Shown here one piece after another: positions 49,260-57,370 of a stretch of 64,000 bases of DNA (positions are counted from its first letter, which is position 1; the number at the start of each line of letters is the position of its first letter). Below the pieces are notes generated by a model. It was not told the origin of the DNA and made no database searches. It worked only from the letters and a program-made list of their open reading frames with translations. The stretch covers positions 768,001 through 832,000 of the forward strand of contig OY761614.1 of assembly GCA_963664825.1 (NCBI GenBank), written 5' to 3'. The position numbers and the translations under genes are program-made. The DNA comes from an uncultured Holophaga sp. Lineage in GTDB: Bacteria; Acidobacteriota; Holophagae; Holophagales; Holophagaceae.

Positions 49260-51347
49260 ATGCGCATTTCCATCCTCGCCGCGACCCTTGTCATGGCCCT
49301 GCCCTCGCTGCGTGCCGACGAAGGCATGTGGACCTTCGATAACGTGCCCGTGAAGCAGATGCAGGCCAAGTACGGCTTCACCCCCAGCGCCCCCTGGCTG
49401 AAGCATCTCCAACTGGCCACACTGCGCTTCCCAGGGGGCACGGGCTCCTTCGTGAGCGCCGAGGGTCTGGTCATTACCAACCATCACGTGGGCCGCAGCT
49501 CCATCGCCCAGGTATCGAGCGCCCAGGCCGATTTCATCAGGAACGGCTTCATGGCCGCCAGCCGCGAACAGGAAATCCGGGTGCCCGGCCTGGAACTCAT
49601 GATGCTGGTCGCCCAGGAGGACGTGACGGCCCGGGTGAACGCCGCGGTGAAGCCCGGCATGAATGAGGCGGAGGCCCTCAAGGCCCGGCGGAATGCCCTC
49701 AGCCGATTCCGGAAATCGGAGGAAGCCAAGAGCGGCCTCACCTGCGAACCGGTCACCCTCTACCAGGGGGGCGAATACTGGATTTACAGCTACAGGAAGT
49801 TCACCGACGTGCGCCTGGTGGCCGCGCCGGAGCTCCAGGTGGCCAGCTTCGGCGGCGATCCCGATAACTACACCTACCCCCGCTGGAACCTGGATTTCAG
49901 CCTCTTCCGCGTCTACGAAAACGGCAAGCCCTACAGGCCCCAAGCCTTCCTGCCCTTCACCCACACCCCCCTGAAGGCCGGAGATATCACGCTCATCTCC
50001 GGCCACCCGGGCACCACCTTCCGTCAACAGACGCTGGCCCAGATGATCTACGCCCGGGATCTGGGCATCCCGTACCGCCTGAAGTCCCTGGATCACCAGA
50101 AGCGCGCCCTCCAGGCCTTCGCGGCCACCGGCAGCGAGGCCAACCGCATCGCCTCCGATGCCATCTATGGCATCGAGAACGGCTACAAGCGGCTCTCGGG
50201 CCAGCTCCTGGGCCTTCAGAAAATTGAGAACCTCCGCAGGGTCGAAGAGGCCGAAAAGAACCTGAAGGCCGCCGTCTCCCGGGACCCCCAGCTCCAAGCA
50301 AGAGTGGGCCAGAGCTGGGCCACCATCGAAGGGGCCGTGAAGCGCCAGGAGGCCCTCCTCAAGGAATCCAGCCTCATCGATGCCCGGGGATCGGTCCTGC
50401 TGGGCCAGGCCCTCACGCTGGTGCGGATCTTCGAAGAAGGGGCCAAGCCCTCAGAAAAGCGCCTGGCGGAATTCAGCGAGGGCAGCCTCAAGGCCACCCG
50501 GGATCGCCTGCTGAACCCGCGCCCAACGCCCAAGGCGCTGGACGAGGCCCGCCTGGGGGCGGGTCTGCGGGAGGCTCAGGAGGAACTGGGCGCGGAGCAT
50601 CCCTTCGTGAAGGCCATGCTGGGGGGCCGCAGCCCAGAGGCGGTGGCCAAGACCGTCATCGAAGGCACCCAGATCCACGAGGTGGCCTTCCGCCAACGGC
50701 TCCTGGAGGGCGGCAAGACCGCCGTGGAGGCCAGCCAGGATCCCCTGATTCGCCTGGCTCGCATCCTGGAGCCCTTCCACCGGGCCATTCGTCGGCACGT
50801 GGAAGAAGAGATCACAGGCATCTTCAACGAGCATGGCAGCCGCATCGCAGAAGCCCGCTTCAAGATCCAGGGCAAGGAATGCTATCCCGACGCCACCTTC
50901 ACCCTGCGCCTCAGCTTCGGCCCCGTGGCCACCTACGCCACCGGCAGCGGCACCAAGGCCCAGCCCTTCACCACCTTCCTGGGCCTCTACGACCGCAACC
51001 TGGGCTGGGGAGGCAATGCCGCGGCGGCCGAAGACGGTGCCTGGACTCTGCCTCAGCGGTGGCTGGACCGCGAAGGCCGCCTGGATCTCGCCCTGCCCTT
51101 CAACTTCATCTACAACTGCGACACCGTGGGGGGCAACTCCGGCAGCCCGGTGGTGAACGCCCAAGGCGAATTCGTCGGCATCAACTTCGATAGCGTCTTC
51201 GAAGGCCAGGGCGGCTACTACGTCTACGACGCCGATACCAAGCGGGCCGTGGCGGTAGACGCCCGCGCCATCCTGGAGAGCCTCCGCAAGATCATGGACG
51301 GCGAGCACCTTGTGAAGGAACTTGGATCCGCCTCGGACGCGAAATAG
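49260..51347 (+). CDS. S46 dipeptidyl peptidase, DPP11-like (Ser)
   Basis: Start MRISIL; ADEGMW, TNHH, YPDATFTLRLSFG, DTVGGNSGSP, GINFDSV. Confidence 0.9.
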   Translation: MRISILAATLVMALPSLRADEGMWTFDNVPVKQMQAKYGFTPSAPWLKHLQLATLRFPGGTGSFVSAEGLVITNHHVGRSSIAQVSSAQADFIRNGFMAASREQEIRVPGLELMMLVAQEDVTARVNAAVKPGMNEAEALKARRNALSRFRKSEEAKSGLTCEPVTLYQGGEYWIYSYRKFTDVRLVAAPELQVASFGGDPDNYTYPRWNLDFSLFRVYENGKPYRPQAFLPFTHTPLKAGDITLISGHPGTTFRQQTLAQMIYARDLGIPYRLKSLDHQKRALQAFAATGSEANRIASDAIYGIENGYKRLSGQLLGLQKIENLRRVEEAEKNLKAAVSRDPQLQARVGQSWATIEGAVKRQEALLKESSLIDARGSVLLGQALTLVRIFEEGAKPSEKRLAEFSEGSLKATRDRLLNPRPTPKALDEARLGAGLREAQEELGAEHPFVKAMLGGRSPEAVAKTVIEGTQIHEVAFRQRLLEGGKTAVEASQDPLIRLARILEPFHRAIRRHVEEEITGIFNEHGSRIAEARFKIQGKECYPDATFTLRLSFGPVATYATGSGTKAQPFTTFLGLYDRNLGWGGNAAAAEDGAWTLPQRWLDREGRLDLALPFNFIYNCDTVGGNSGSPVVNAQGEFVGINFDSVFEGQGGYYVYDADTKRAVAVDARAILESLRKIMDGEHLVKELGSASDAK

Positions 51348-51381
51348 GCTACTCTTGATCCATCAGGCGCGGTTTCCGTCC

Positions 51382-51410
51382 TTGACCCTCTTTGAATCTG
51401 CAGGCAGAAT
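51382..51410 (+). promoter_or_regulatory. Possible sigma70 promoter of the tRNA-Lys/Glu pair
   Basis: TTGACC-17 nt-CAGAAT, 24 bp before tRNA-Lys. Confidence 0.4.
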
Positions 51411-51434
51411 ATCCTTTCGTGCCGTCCACGGCAT

Positions 51435-51510
51435 GGGCCCATAGCTCAGTCGGTAGAGCAGCGGCCTTTTAAGCCGTTGGTCGCGCGTTCAAGTCGCGCT
51501 GGGCCCACCA
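51435..51510 (+). tRNA. tRNA-Lys (TTT)
   Basis: gggccca/tgggccc acceptor, tagctcagtcggtagagc D arm, gcggc-ctTTTaa-gccgt, gttcaagt, encoded CCA. Confidence 0.97.
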
Positions 51511-51522
51511 GATCCTCCCCAT

Positions 51523-51597
51523 GGGGCTATCGTCTAGGGGTCAGGACACCGCCCTTTCACGGCGGTAACACGGGTTCAAATCCCGTTAGCCCTACCA
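51523..51597 (+). tRNA. tRNA-Glu (TTC)
   Basis: ggggcta/tagccct acceptor, ccgcc-ctTTCac-ggcgg, ggttcaaatcc, CCA. Confidence 0.97.
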
Positions 51598-51612
51598 GTA
51601 AACAAAGCACTT

Positions 51613-51635
51613 AGGCCCGGGAAACCGGGCCTTTT
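51613..51635 (+). terminator. Terminator after the tRNA pair
   Basis: aggcccgg-gaaa-ccgggcct-ttt. Confidence 0.8.
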
Positions 51636-51715
51636 GCCTGCCAAGTCAAAATGGAGTCAAAAACCCCTTCCCGAACCGGGCCGTTCCCTCCCGAACCGGA
51701 ATGCACTCCAAGGCT

Positions 51716-51970
51716 TCACTTTTCCAACATGGTGCGCTGTTCCCTCAAGAGCCGATTCAGCCCCTTCATGAGTTCCCGCCATTCGGCCCGCTTGCCCCCC
51801 TTCCAGGCGTTCCGGGATGCGGCGGCCTTGCCTTCCCCGCTCTTCGGCCCCGTGGATCGTGCCCAGGGCTTCCAGCGCCGAATGGCCTCAGCTTGCTTTG
51901 CTCTTCGTTCGGGTGTCCACCCTGAGTCGCCAACTAGGGCTCGCATAGGGACATCAATCTGTCCTGCCAT
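51716..51970 (-). CDS. Small basic protein with STGPKS.EGK..A..NA motif (HGGxSTG-like, mobile-element associated)
   Basis: AGGAG RBS, 84 aa; WTPERRAKQAEAIRRWKPWARSTGPKSGEGKAAASRNAWKGG. Confidence 0.6.
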   Translation of the reverse strand: MAGQIDVPMRALVGDSGWTPERRAKQAEAIRRWKPWARSTGPKSGEGKAAASRNAWKGGKRAEWRELMKGLNRLLREQRTMLEK

Positions 51971-52058
51971 AGTCACGCTCCTATTTGTCGCGCTAAGCTC
52001 AACTTGCCTGCGCCGCATCAACGAAGCTACCGTGCCGCAAGGCAAGCAGGGAGAAAGC

Positions 52059-52475
52059 GTGCCAACGGATTTCCAGAATGCACATGAACGTCATTGGGAT
52101 GATGCGGAACGACTGTTCCAGGCTCAGCGCTGGGCCAATGCGGACCACCTCTATGGTTTGGCAGCCGAATGTGGGCTAAAGCGACTCATGCAGGCTTTCG
52201 GAATGCAGCTTGATCCAGTGCAGGGTCGGCCCATCTGCGACAGGGACGCCAAGCATGCCGATGCGGTTTGGCGGCGCTTCGAAACCTATCGTGGCAGGCA
52301 TGCCCAGGGCATTGGATACGCTCTACCGACCCAAAACCCGTTTGCCAACTGGAACGCCTCCCAACGCTATTCGCCGCAGGGTGACTTCACCGAGGCCATC
52401 ACCCAAGAACACCAAGACGGTGCCCGTATAGTTTGGGCCCTGGTCAGGAGAGCCGTATGCGAGGGGCTGATATGA
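52059..52475 (+). CDS. HEPN-like protein
   Basis: GGGAGA RBS and GTG start, 138 aa; HWDDAERLF..RWANADHLYGLAAECGLK helix pair, conserved H (RDAKH), W....RY near the C-terminus; stop overlaps the next start (ATGA). Confidence 0.65.
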   Translation: MPTDFQNAHERHWDDAERLFQAQRWANADHLYGLAAECGLKRLMQAFGMQLDPVQGRPICDRDAKHADAVWRRFETYRGRHAQGIGYALPTQNPFANWNASQRYSPQGDFTEAITQEHQDGARIVWALVRRAVCEGLI

Positions 52476-53773
52476 CGACCTTCGATCAGATTGAGCCAAT
52501 CGTTCTTGATCTCCTTGAAACAAAACGAGAATGGCTCAAGACCATTCCTTGGTTGCTCGTCAACCGTGATCTAAACGGTAAGGTTCGGTTGATCGCCCCT
52601 GAGGAGATTTCGGATGATCCGGTAGGGCGCCAAGAGTTGGAGGCGATGGCAGTCACCCTCGCCGAGCGCCTGGGGCCACATTCCTATCCAGCCGACAAGG
52701 CTCTGTTGTTTGAACCTGATCGAAGCGTTGTCTGCCAAGGAGCTCCCCATTTCCGCATCGAAGACCACGAAAACGTCTGGGTAGTGGACCGTCTGGCCAC
52801 CGAAGGCGATTGGGCTTGCATTACCCCTGTATCGAGTGGGGCACCGCGCATTGCCTTCTACTCCATCAAAGGAGGGGTCGGACGATCTACCGCCCTTGCC
52901 GTCACGGCTTGGTGGCTGGCGCAGGCAGGCAAGCGCGTGTTGGTTCTGGATCTAGATCTGGAATCTCCGGGCCTCTCATCCTCGTTGCTGCCTCCCGATC
53001 GCCAACCGGCCTACGGCATCGCCGATTGGTTGGTAGAGGATCTGGTGGACAACGCCAATGACTTGCTTCTGGACATGGTTGCCACCAGCGGGCTCTCCCA
53101 CGACGGCGAGATCTTTGTCGTCCCCGCCCATGGGGTTGAGCCTGGTGATTACGTGGCAAAGCTCGGGCGGGTCTGGATGCCCAAGGTTTCCTTCGGGGGA
53201 ATATCCGAGAATTGGTCTAAGCGTCTTCGCCGCTTGATTGACAACTTGGAAACCCGCCTGGCACCAGATGTCATTTTGATCGATTCCCGTGCCGGAATCG
53301 ATGAAGTTGCCTCCAGTTGTGTGACCGATTTGGGGGCGGGTCTTGTGCTCCTGTTTTCCCTCGAAGGCGCCCAAACCTGGACCGGTTATCGCATTCTTTT
53401 CCAACACTGGTTGAAGCGAGGAGTCGCTGAAGAGATTCGAGAACGTCTCCAAATTGTGGGCTCCATGCTGCCAGAAACCGATCAGATCGAGTACCTCGAA
53501 GGCCTTCGGGACCATGCATACGATCTATTCGCGAATGCCCTCTACGATTCTGTCCCAGCCGGTGAGACGTTCGGTGAGCGGTGGCATTTCGAACCCACAG
53601 ATGATTCCGCACCGCACTATCCTTGGGGTGTGAAGTGGCAGCGGGGCCTTGCGGGGCTGCGATCACTTCATGGTCGACTGGCCGTCCTGGAAGTCCCCGA
53701 GGTCCGGAGCATTTTTGGGCCTCTTCTTGACGGCATCACCTGCGCTGTTGGCATGGAGGATCGCAATGCCTGA
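52472..53773 (+). CDS. ParA/MinD-like ATPase, KGGVGR deviant Walker A variant
   Basis: 433 aa; IAFYSIKGGVGRST, VLVLDLDLESPGL, DVILIDSRAG; ~130-aa N-terminal extension. Confidence 0.85.
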   Translation: MTTFDQIEPIVLDLLETKREWLKTIPWLLVNRDLNGKVRLIAPEEISDDPVGRQELEAMAVTLAERLGPHSYPADKALLFEPDRSVVCQGAPHFRIEDHENVWVVDRLATEGDWACITPVSSGAPRIAFYSIKGGVGRSTALAVTAWWLAQAGKRVLVLDLDLESPGLSSSLLPPDRQPAYGIADWLVEDLVDNANDLLLDMVATSGLSHDGEIFVVPAHGVEPGDYVAKLGRVWMPKVSFGGISENWSKRLRRLIDNLETRLAPDVILIDSRAGIDEVASSCVTDLGAGLVLLFSLEGAQTWTGYRILFQHWLKRGVAEEIRERLQIVGSMLPETDQIEYLEGLRDHAYDLFANALYDSVPAGETFGERWHFEPTDDSAPHYPWGVKWQRGLAGLRSLHGRLAVLEVPEVRSIFGPLLDGITCAVGMEDRNA

Positions 53774-55157
53774 TCCCGCTACCTTGCGTGACGCCATTCT
53801 CGCGGCTCCTATCGAGACCAGTAACCACAGTGAGCCTCCCCGGCCGGGTACGCTCTACATCCCCTTGTCCCATCTCAAAGCACTGCGGCTCGATGCCCAC
53901 GTTGTAGTGGGGGGTCGAGGTGTCGGCAAGTCATTTTGGACCGCAGCCTTGGTGTCGCCGCTGCTTCAGGCGACCCTGGGCACTATAGTGAAGGAACTCG
54001 ATGGGCTCGACATCCGCATCGGCTTTCAGAATGACCAATCGGAGAATTATCCGAATGAGGACGCTTTTGAGAAGCTGCTAAATGTCGGCACCGATCCCTA
54101 CGACATTTGGCGGTCCGTCATGCTTCGATGGGTAGCCGAGCGAAATGGATTGTCCCTGCCCAAGGAGACATGGGAGGAAACCGTAGGCTGGCTAAAAATG
54201 AAGCCAGAAGAAGCCGTGCGTGTAATGCGGGCGCCTCGGGACTGGCGCGGGTTGATTGTGTTTGATGCCCTAGACCGCACCAGTAACGACTGGCAGCGGA
54301 TGGACGCCATTGTGCGTGGCCTGCTGCGGGCCATCCTCTGGTTAAAAGCCGAACAAGGCCTGCACACCAAGGTGTTCTTGCGCGAGGACCAAGCCGAGCG
54401 AACGGTCTTCAATTTTCCGGATGCTTCCAAGCTCTTGGCGACCAAGGCGGAACTCACCTGGGCCCGACACGATCTCCATGGCCTACTCTGGCAGCGCTTA
54501 ATCAATGCCCCCGAGGCTCACGGTGAACGGATCCGTGAGATCTGCCCAGCGAGCATGAATGCTGGCTTGTGGCACCTCCCGGAACCCATGAAACGAGAAT
54601 CCGAGGCACAGCGCCAAGCATTCGAATATCTCGCGGGCCCTTGGATGGGAAGGGACAAACGCCGCGGTGTGCCCTATACATGGGCAGTAGGCCATCTCGC
54701 TGATGGTCGCTCCCAGACCTCCCCGCGCTCTTTTCTAGCAGCCATTGCACAGGCAGCCGAAGATTCGCGAGAGCGTTATCCGAACCACGATTACGCACTG
54801 CACTTCGAAAGCCTGAAGCGGGGCATCCAGAGTGCTTCGGAAATCCGAGTCCATGAGGTAGTTGAGGACTACCCCTGGGTCAGCGATGTCCTGGGCGTGC
54901 TCAAGGGGATGAATGTTCCGATCGGGTTCGAGGAAATTCGAGCTAAATGGGCGGAATTCTTCCCGAATGGTCCGCAAGATCTCCTGACCAACCGCCTGCC
55001 TGCACAGCATGCCATGCGAAGCTGGGAGGGCATTTGTGACGACCTGCAGCGATTAGGACTCCTCGAATCCAAAAAGGATGGCCGAATAGATATGCCGGAT
55101 TTGTACCGCGTGGGGTTTAGCTTGGGGCGTAAAGGTGGGGTCGCTCCCAAGGGGTGA
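53766..55157 (+). CDS. P-loop NTPase, STAND-like (Sll1717-like)
   Basis: GGAGGA RBS, start MPDPATL, 463 aa, 8-bp overlap; VVVGGRGVGKS (Walker A), LIVFDALD (Walker B), KVFLRED, SPRSFL, C-terminal wHTH-like LQRLGLL..MPDLYR. Confidence 0.75.
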   Translation: MPDPATLRDAILAAPIETSNHSEPPRPGTLYIPLSHLKALRLDAHVVVGGRGVGKSFWTAALVSPLLQATLGTIVKELDGLDIRIGFQNDQSENYPNEDAFEKLLNVGTDPYDIWRSVMLRWVAERNGLSLPKETWEETVGWLKMKPEEAVRVMRAPRDWRGLIVFDALDRTSNDWQRMDAIVRGLLRAILWLKAEQGLHTKVFLREDQAERTVFNFPDASKLLATKAELTWARHDLHGLLWQRLINAPEAHGERIREICPASMNAGLWHLPEPMKRESEAQRQAFEYLAGPWMGRDKRRGVPYTWAVGHLADGRSQTSPRSFLAAIAQAAEDSRERYPNHDYALHFESLKRGIQSASEIRVHEVVEDYPWVSDVLGVLKGMNVPIGFEEIRAKWAEFFPNGPQDLLTNRLPAQHAMRSWEGICDDLQRLGLLESKKDGRIDMPDLYRVGFSLGRKGGVAPKG

Positions 55158-55497
55158 GGACCGTATCCGTCTCAAGTTTACGGATCAGGTACTCGTCTAA
55201 CCCTAAATCCGCCTCCTGGAAGTGCGTCGCAGGGCATGCTCCGGCATGGCCGCATGTAACCCGACTCCATAGCTACACCACCCCAGCCATTTCCGGCGAG
55301 GCATCCTGGAACCAGGAAACACCCTGCCCGGTTAGGACCAAAGCAAGTGATGGCGAAGGTTTCCGCAGAAAAATGTTGTGACCAGTTGTGTCAGAAACCA
55401 CGAGAAATGGTAGAATTTAGGCTAACCTGCGGGTCTCGTTTTGATCTTCGGATAGATAGCGGAAACCCCCTAAACTTTGCAGCCTAAGGGGTTTGTC

Positions 55498-55574
55498 TGG
55501 TGCAGCCGACTGGAATCGAACCAGCGACCTTTGGCTTCGGAGGCCAACGCTCTATCCAGCTGAGCTACGGCTGC
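55498..55574 (-). tRNA. tRNA-Arg (CCG)
   Basis: Reverse complement gcagccgtagctcagctggatagagcg-ttggc-ctCCGaa-gccaa-aggtcgctggttcgattccagtcggctgcacca. Confidence 0.97.
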
Positions 55575-56040
55575 TTCAGGTTCCATCATGCCTTCGAGTG
55601 GCTCCCTCCGCAAGGCGCCCGTGCATGAAGGCCTGGAGTGTGATCCTGTCCTCGGGGCACACTTGGAGGATGCGAACCCCACAAATCCTGATCCCCACCC
55701 TTCTGCTCCCGGTTCTCCTGCAGGCCGCGCCGGAGCGTCTCCAAGCTCCCGATGCGCACTGGAAGACCTTCAAGACAGTCCACTACCGCATCCACTTTCC
55801 GGCCAGTCCGGCTGGGGGCTTCGAACCCTTCGCGCGAGAAATCGCTTCCAAGGTGGAGGGCATCCACGCCCGGGTCACGGAATGGGTGGGCTACGAGGCC
55901 AAGGGTCCCATCGATATCCTGGTGCGGGATCCGGTCATGGACGCCAATGGCATGGCGGTGCCCCTGCTCCAGCGGCCCTTTGTGGAACTCTGGAAGACGC
56001 CCCCTGAGCCCGAATCGGCCATCGGCCACTTCAATAATTG

Positions 56041-57370
56041 GGTTCTTCGCGGATTTGCGTGAAGTAGGTCGGCAGTGGCGGATTTCAGGCATCTTGGGTT
56101 TGTCGAGAACTCGAGATGAAGGAGGCCGCCACTGCCTACCAAAGAGCTTATGTCCCGCTTGGGCGGGTGGAAAGGGCAACGCGTCGGAATCGTGGAGCGC
56201 TTCGAAGCCGGGGTGAAGGGGCCGCGGGCCGAGGTGTGGATCGAGTTGCTTGGGTTCGGCGATCATCCCCGGAAGTGCAGCGGTTGTGGGCATTTCGTGC
56301 GGAGCGTCCACGACTGGTCAGAGCGGGAGATCCGCGACCTTCCGCTGTTCGACGCCGACACAGTCCTAGTGGTGTGGCGGGCTCGAGTAGCCTGCCCCCG
56401 GTGCGGCCCGAAGCTGGAAGCCCTGGACTGGTTGGAGCCCCATGCCCGGATCACGAACCGGCTTGCCGCGAGCGTGGCGCGGCTTTGCAAGGTCATGCCC
56501 ATCAAACAGGTCGCGGAGCACTATGACCTGCACTGGGGCACGGTGAAGGCGATCGACAAGGCTTACCTGGACCGAGAACTTGGGCCCGTGAAGCTGAGCA
56601 AGGCGAGGCTTCTTCTGATGGACGAATTCGCCATCCACAAGGGACAGAGCTATGCCACGGTCATCACGGATGCGGAAACGCGTCGCGTGCTCTGGGTCGG
56701 GAAAGGGCGTGGCCGCGAGGACATCCGCCCGTTCTTCGATCTGATCGGGAAGAAGGGCTGCAAACGGATCCAGGCCGTGGGCATAGACATGTCGGCGGCC
56801 TTCGAAGGCGAAGTCCGGGCGCGCTGTCCCAACGCCGAGATCGTCTACGACCAGTTTCATGTCGTGGCAAAGTACGGCCATGACGTCATCGACCGGATCC
56901 GGGTGGATGAGGCCAATCGATACCGGCACGACAAGGCCTCGCGGGAGCTCGTCAAGGGCGCGAAGTGGCTCCTGCTGGGCAATTGGGAGAACCTGCCGAA
57001 TCGGGATGCCAAAGTCCGCCTCAACGAGTTATTGGACGCGAACCAGCCTCTGATGACCGCCTACGTGCTGAAAGACGCCCTGAAGGCACTGTGGCGCTAC
57101 ACGCGGGAGGGCTGGGCTCTGAAGGCCTGGGAGAACTGGATGGAACTCGCCACCTCAAGTGGACTCCAGCCCCTCGTGAAGTTCGCCAAGAATCTCGCCC
57201 AGCGGATCGACGGAATCCTCTCCCATTGCCGCTGGCCGCTCAATACCAGCGTCCAGGAAGGGATCAACAACAAGATCAAAGTCCTCAAGCGCATCGCCTA
57301 CGGCTACCGGGATGAGGGCTACTTCTTCCTTAAGATCCGTGCGGCCTTCCCCGGAAAAACGTGAAGAACC
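56041..57370 (+). mobile_element. ISL3-family insertion sequence, 1330 bp
   Basis: Ends GGTTCTTC...GAAGAACC; 8-bp AT-rich target duplication AATAATTG at 56033-56040 and 57371-57378. Confidence 0.95.
56150..57364 (+). CDS. ISL3 transposase
   Basis: CSGCG/CPRCG zinc finger, IRDLP, MDEFA, IDMS, YDQFHVV, EGINNKIKVLKRIAYGYR. Confidence 0.95.
   Translation: MSRLGGWKGQRVGIVERFEAGVKGPRAEVWIELLGFGDHPRKCSGCGHFVRSVHDWSEREIRDLPLFDADTVLVVWRARVACPRCGPKLEALDWLEPHARITNRLAASVARLCKVMPIKQVAEHYDLHWGTVKAIDKAYLDRELGPVKLSKARLLLMDEFAIHKGQSYATVITDAETRRVLWVGKGRGREDIRPFFDLIGKKGCKRIQAVGIDMSAAFEGEVRARCPNAEIVYDQFHVVAKYGHDVIDRIRVDEANRYRHDKASRELVKGAKWLLLGNWENLPNRDAKVRLNELLDANQPLMTAYVLKDALKALWRYTREGWALKAWENWMELATSSGLQPLVKFAKNLAQRIDGILSHCRWPLNTSVQEGINNKIKVLKRIAYGYRDEGYFFLKIRAAFPGKT

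Noticed and set aside
52472..53773. ParA-like gene as a partition system or BY-kinase
   Set aside because: No parB/parS, replication or polysaccharide-export genes nearby; the Walker A variant and coupling to HEPN/NTPase genes point elsewhere.
55154..55381. 75-aa ORF with VAGH...VT...Y resembling an integrase C-terminus
   Set aside because: No HxxR box or other support; too weak to call.
55416..55429. TTAGGCTAACCT resembling a DtxR/IdeR box
   Set aside because: Only part of the 19-bp palindrome matches and no gene start lies downstream.
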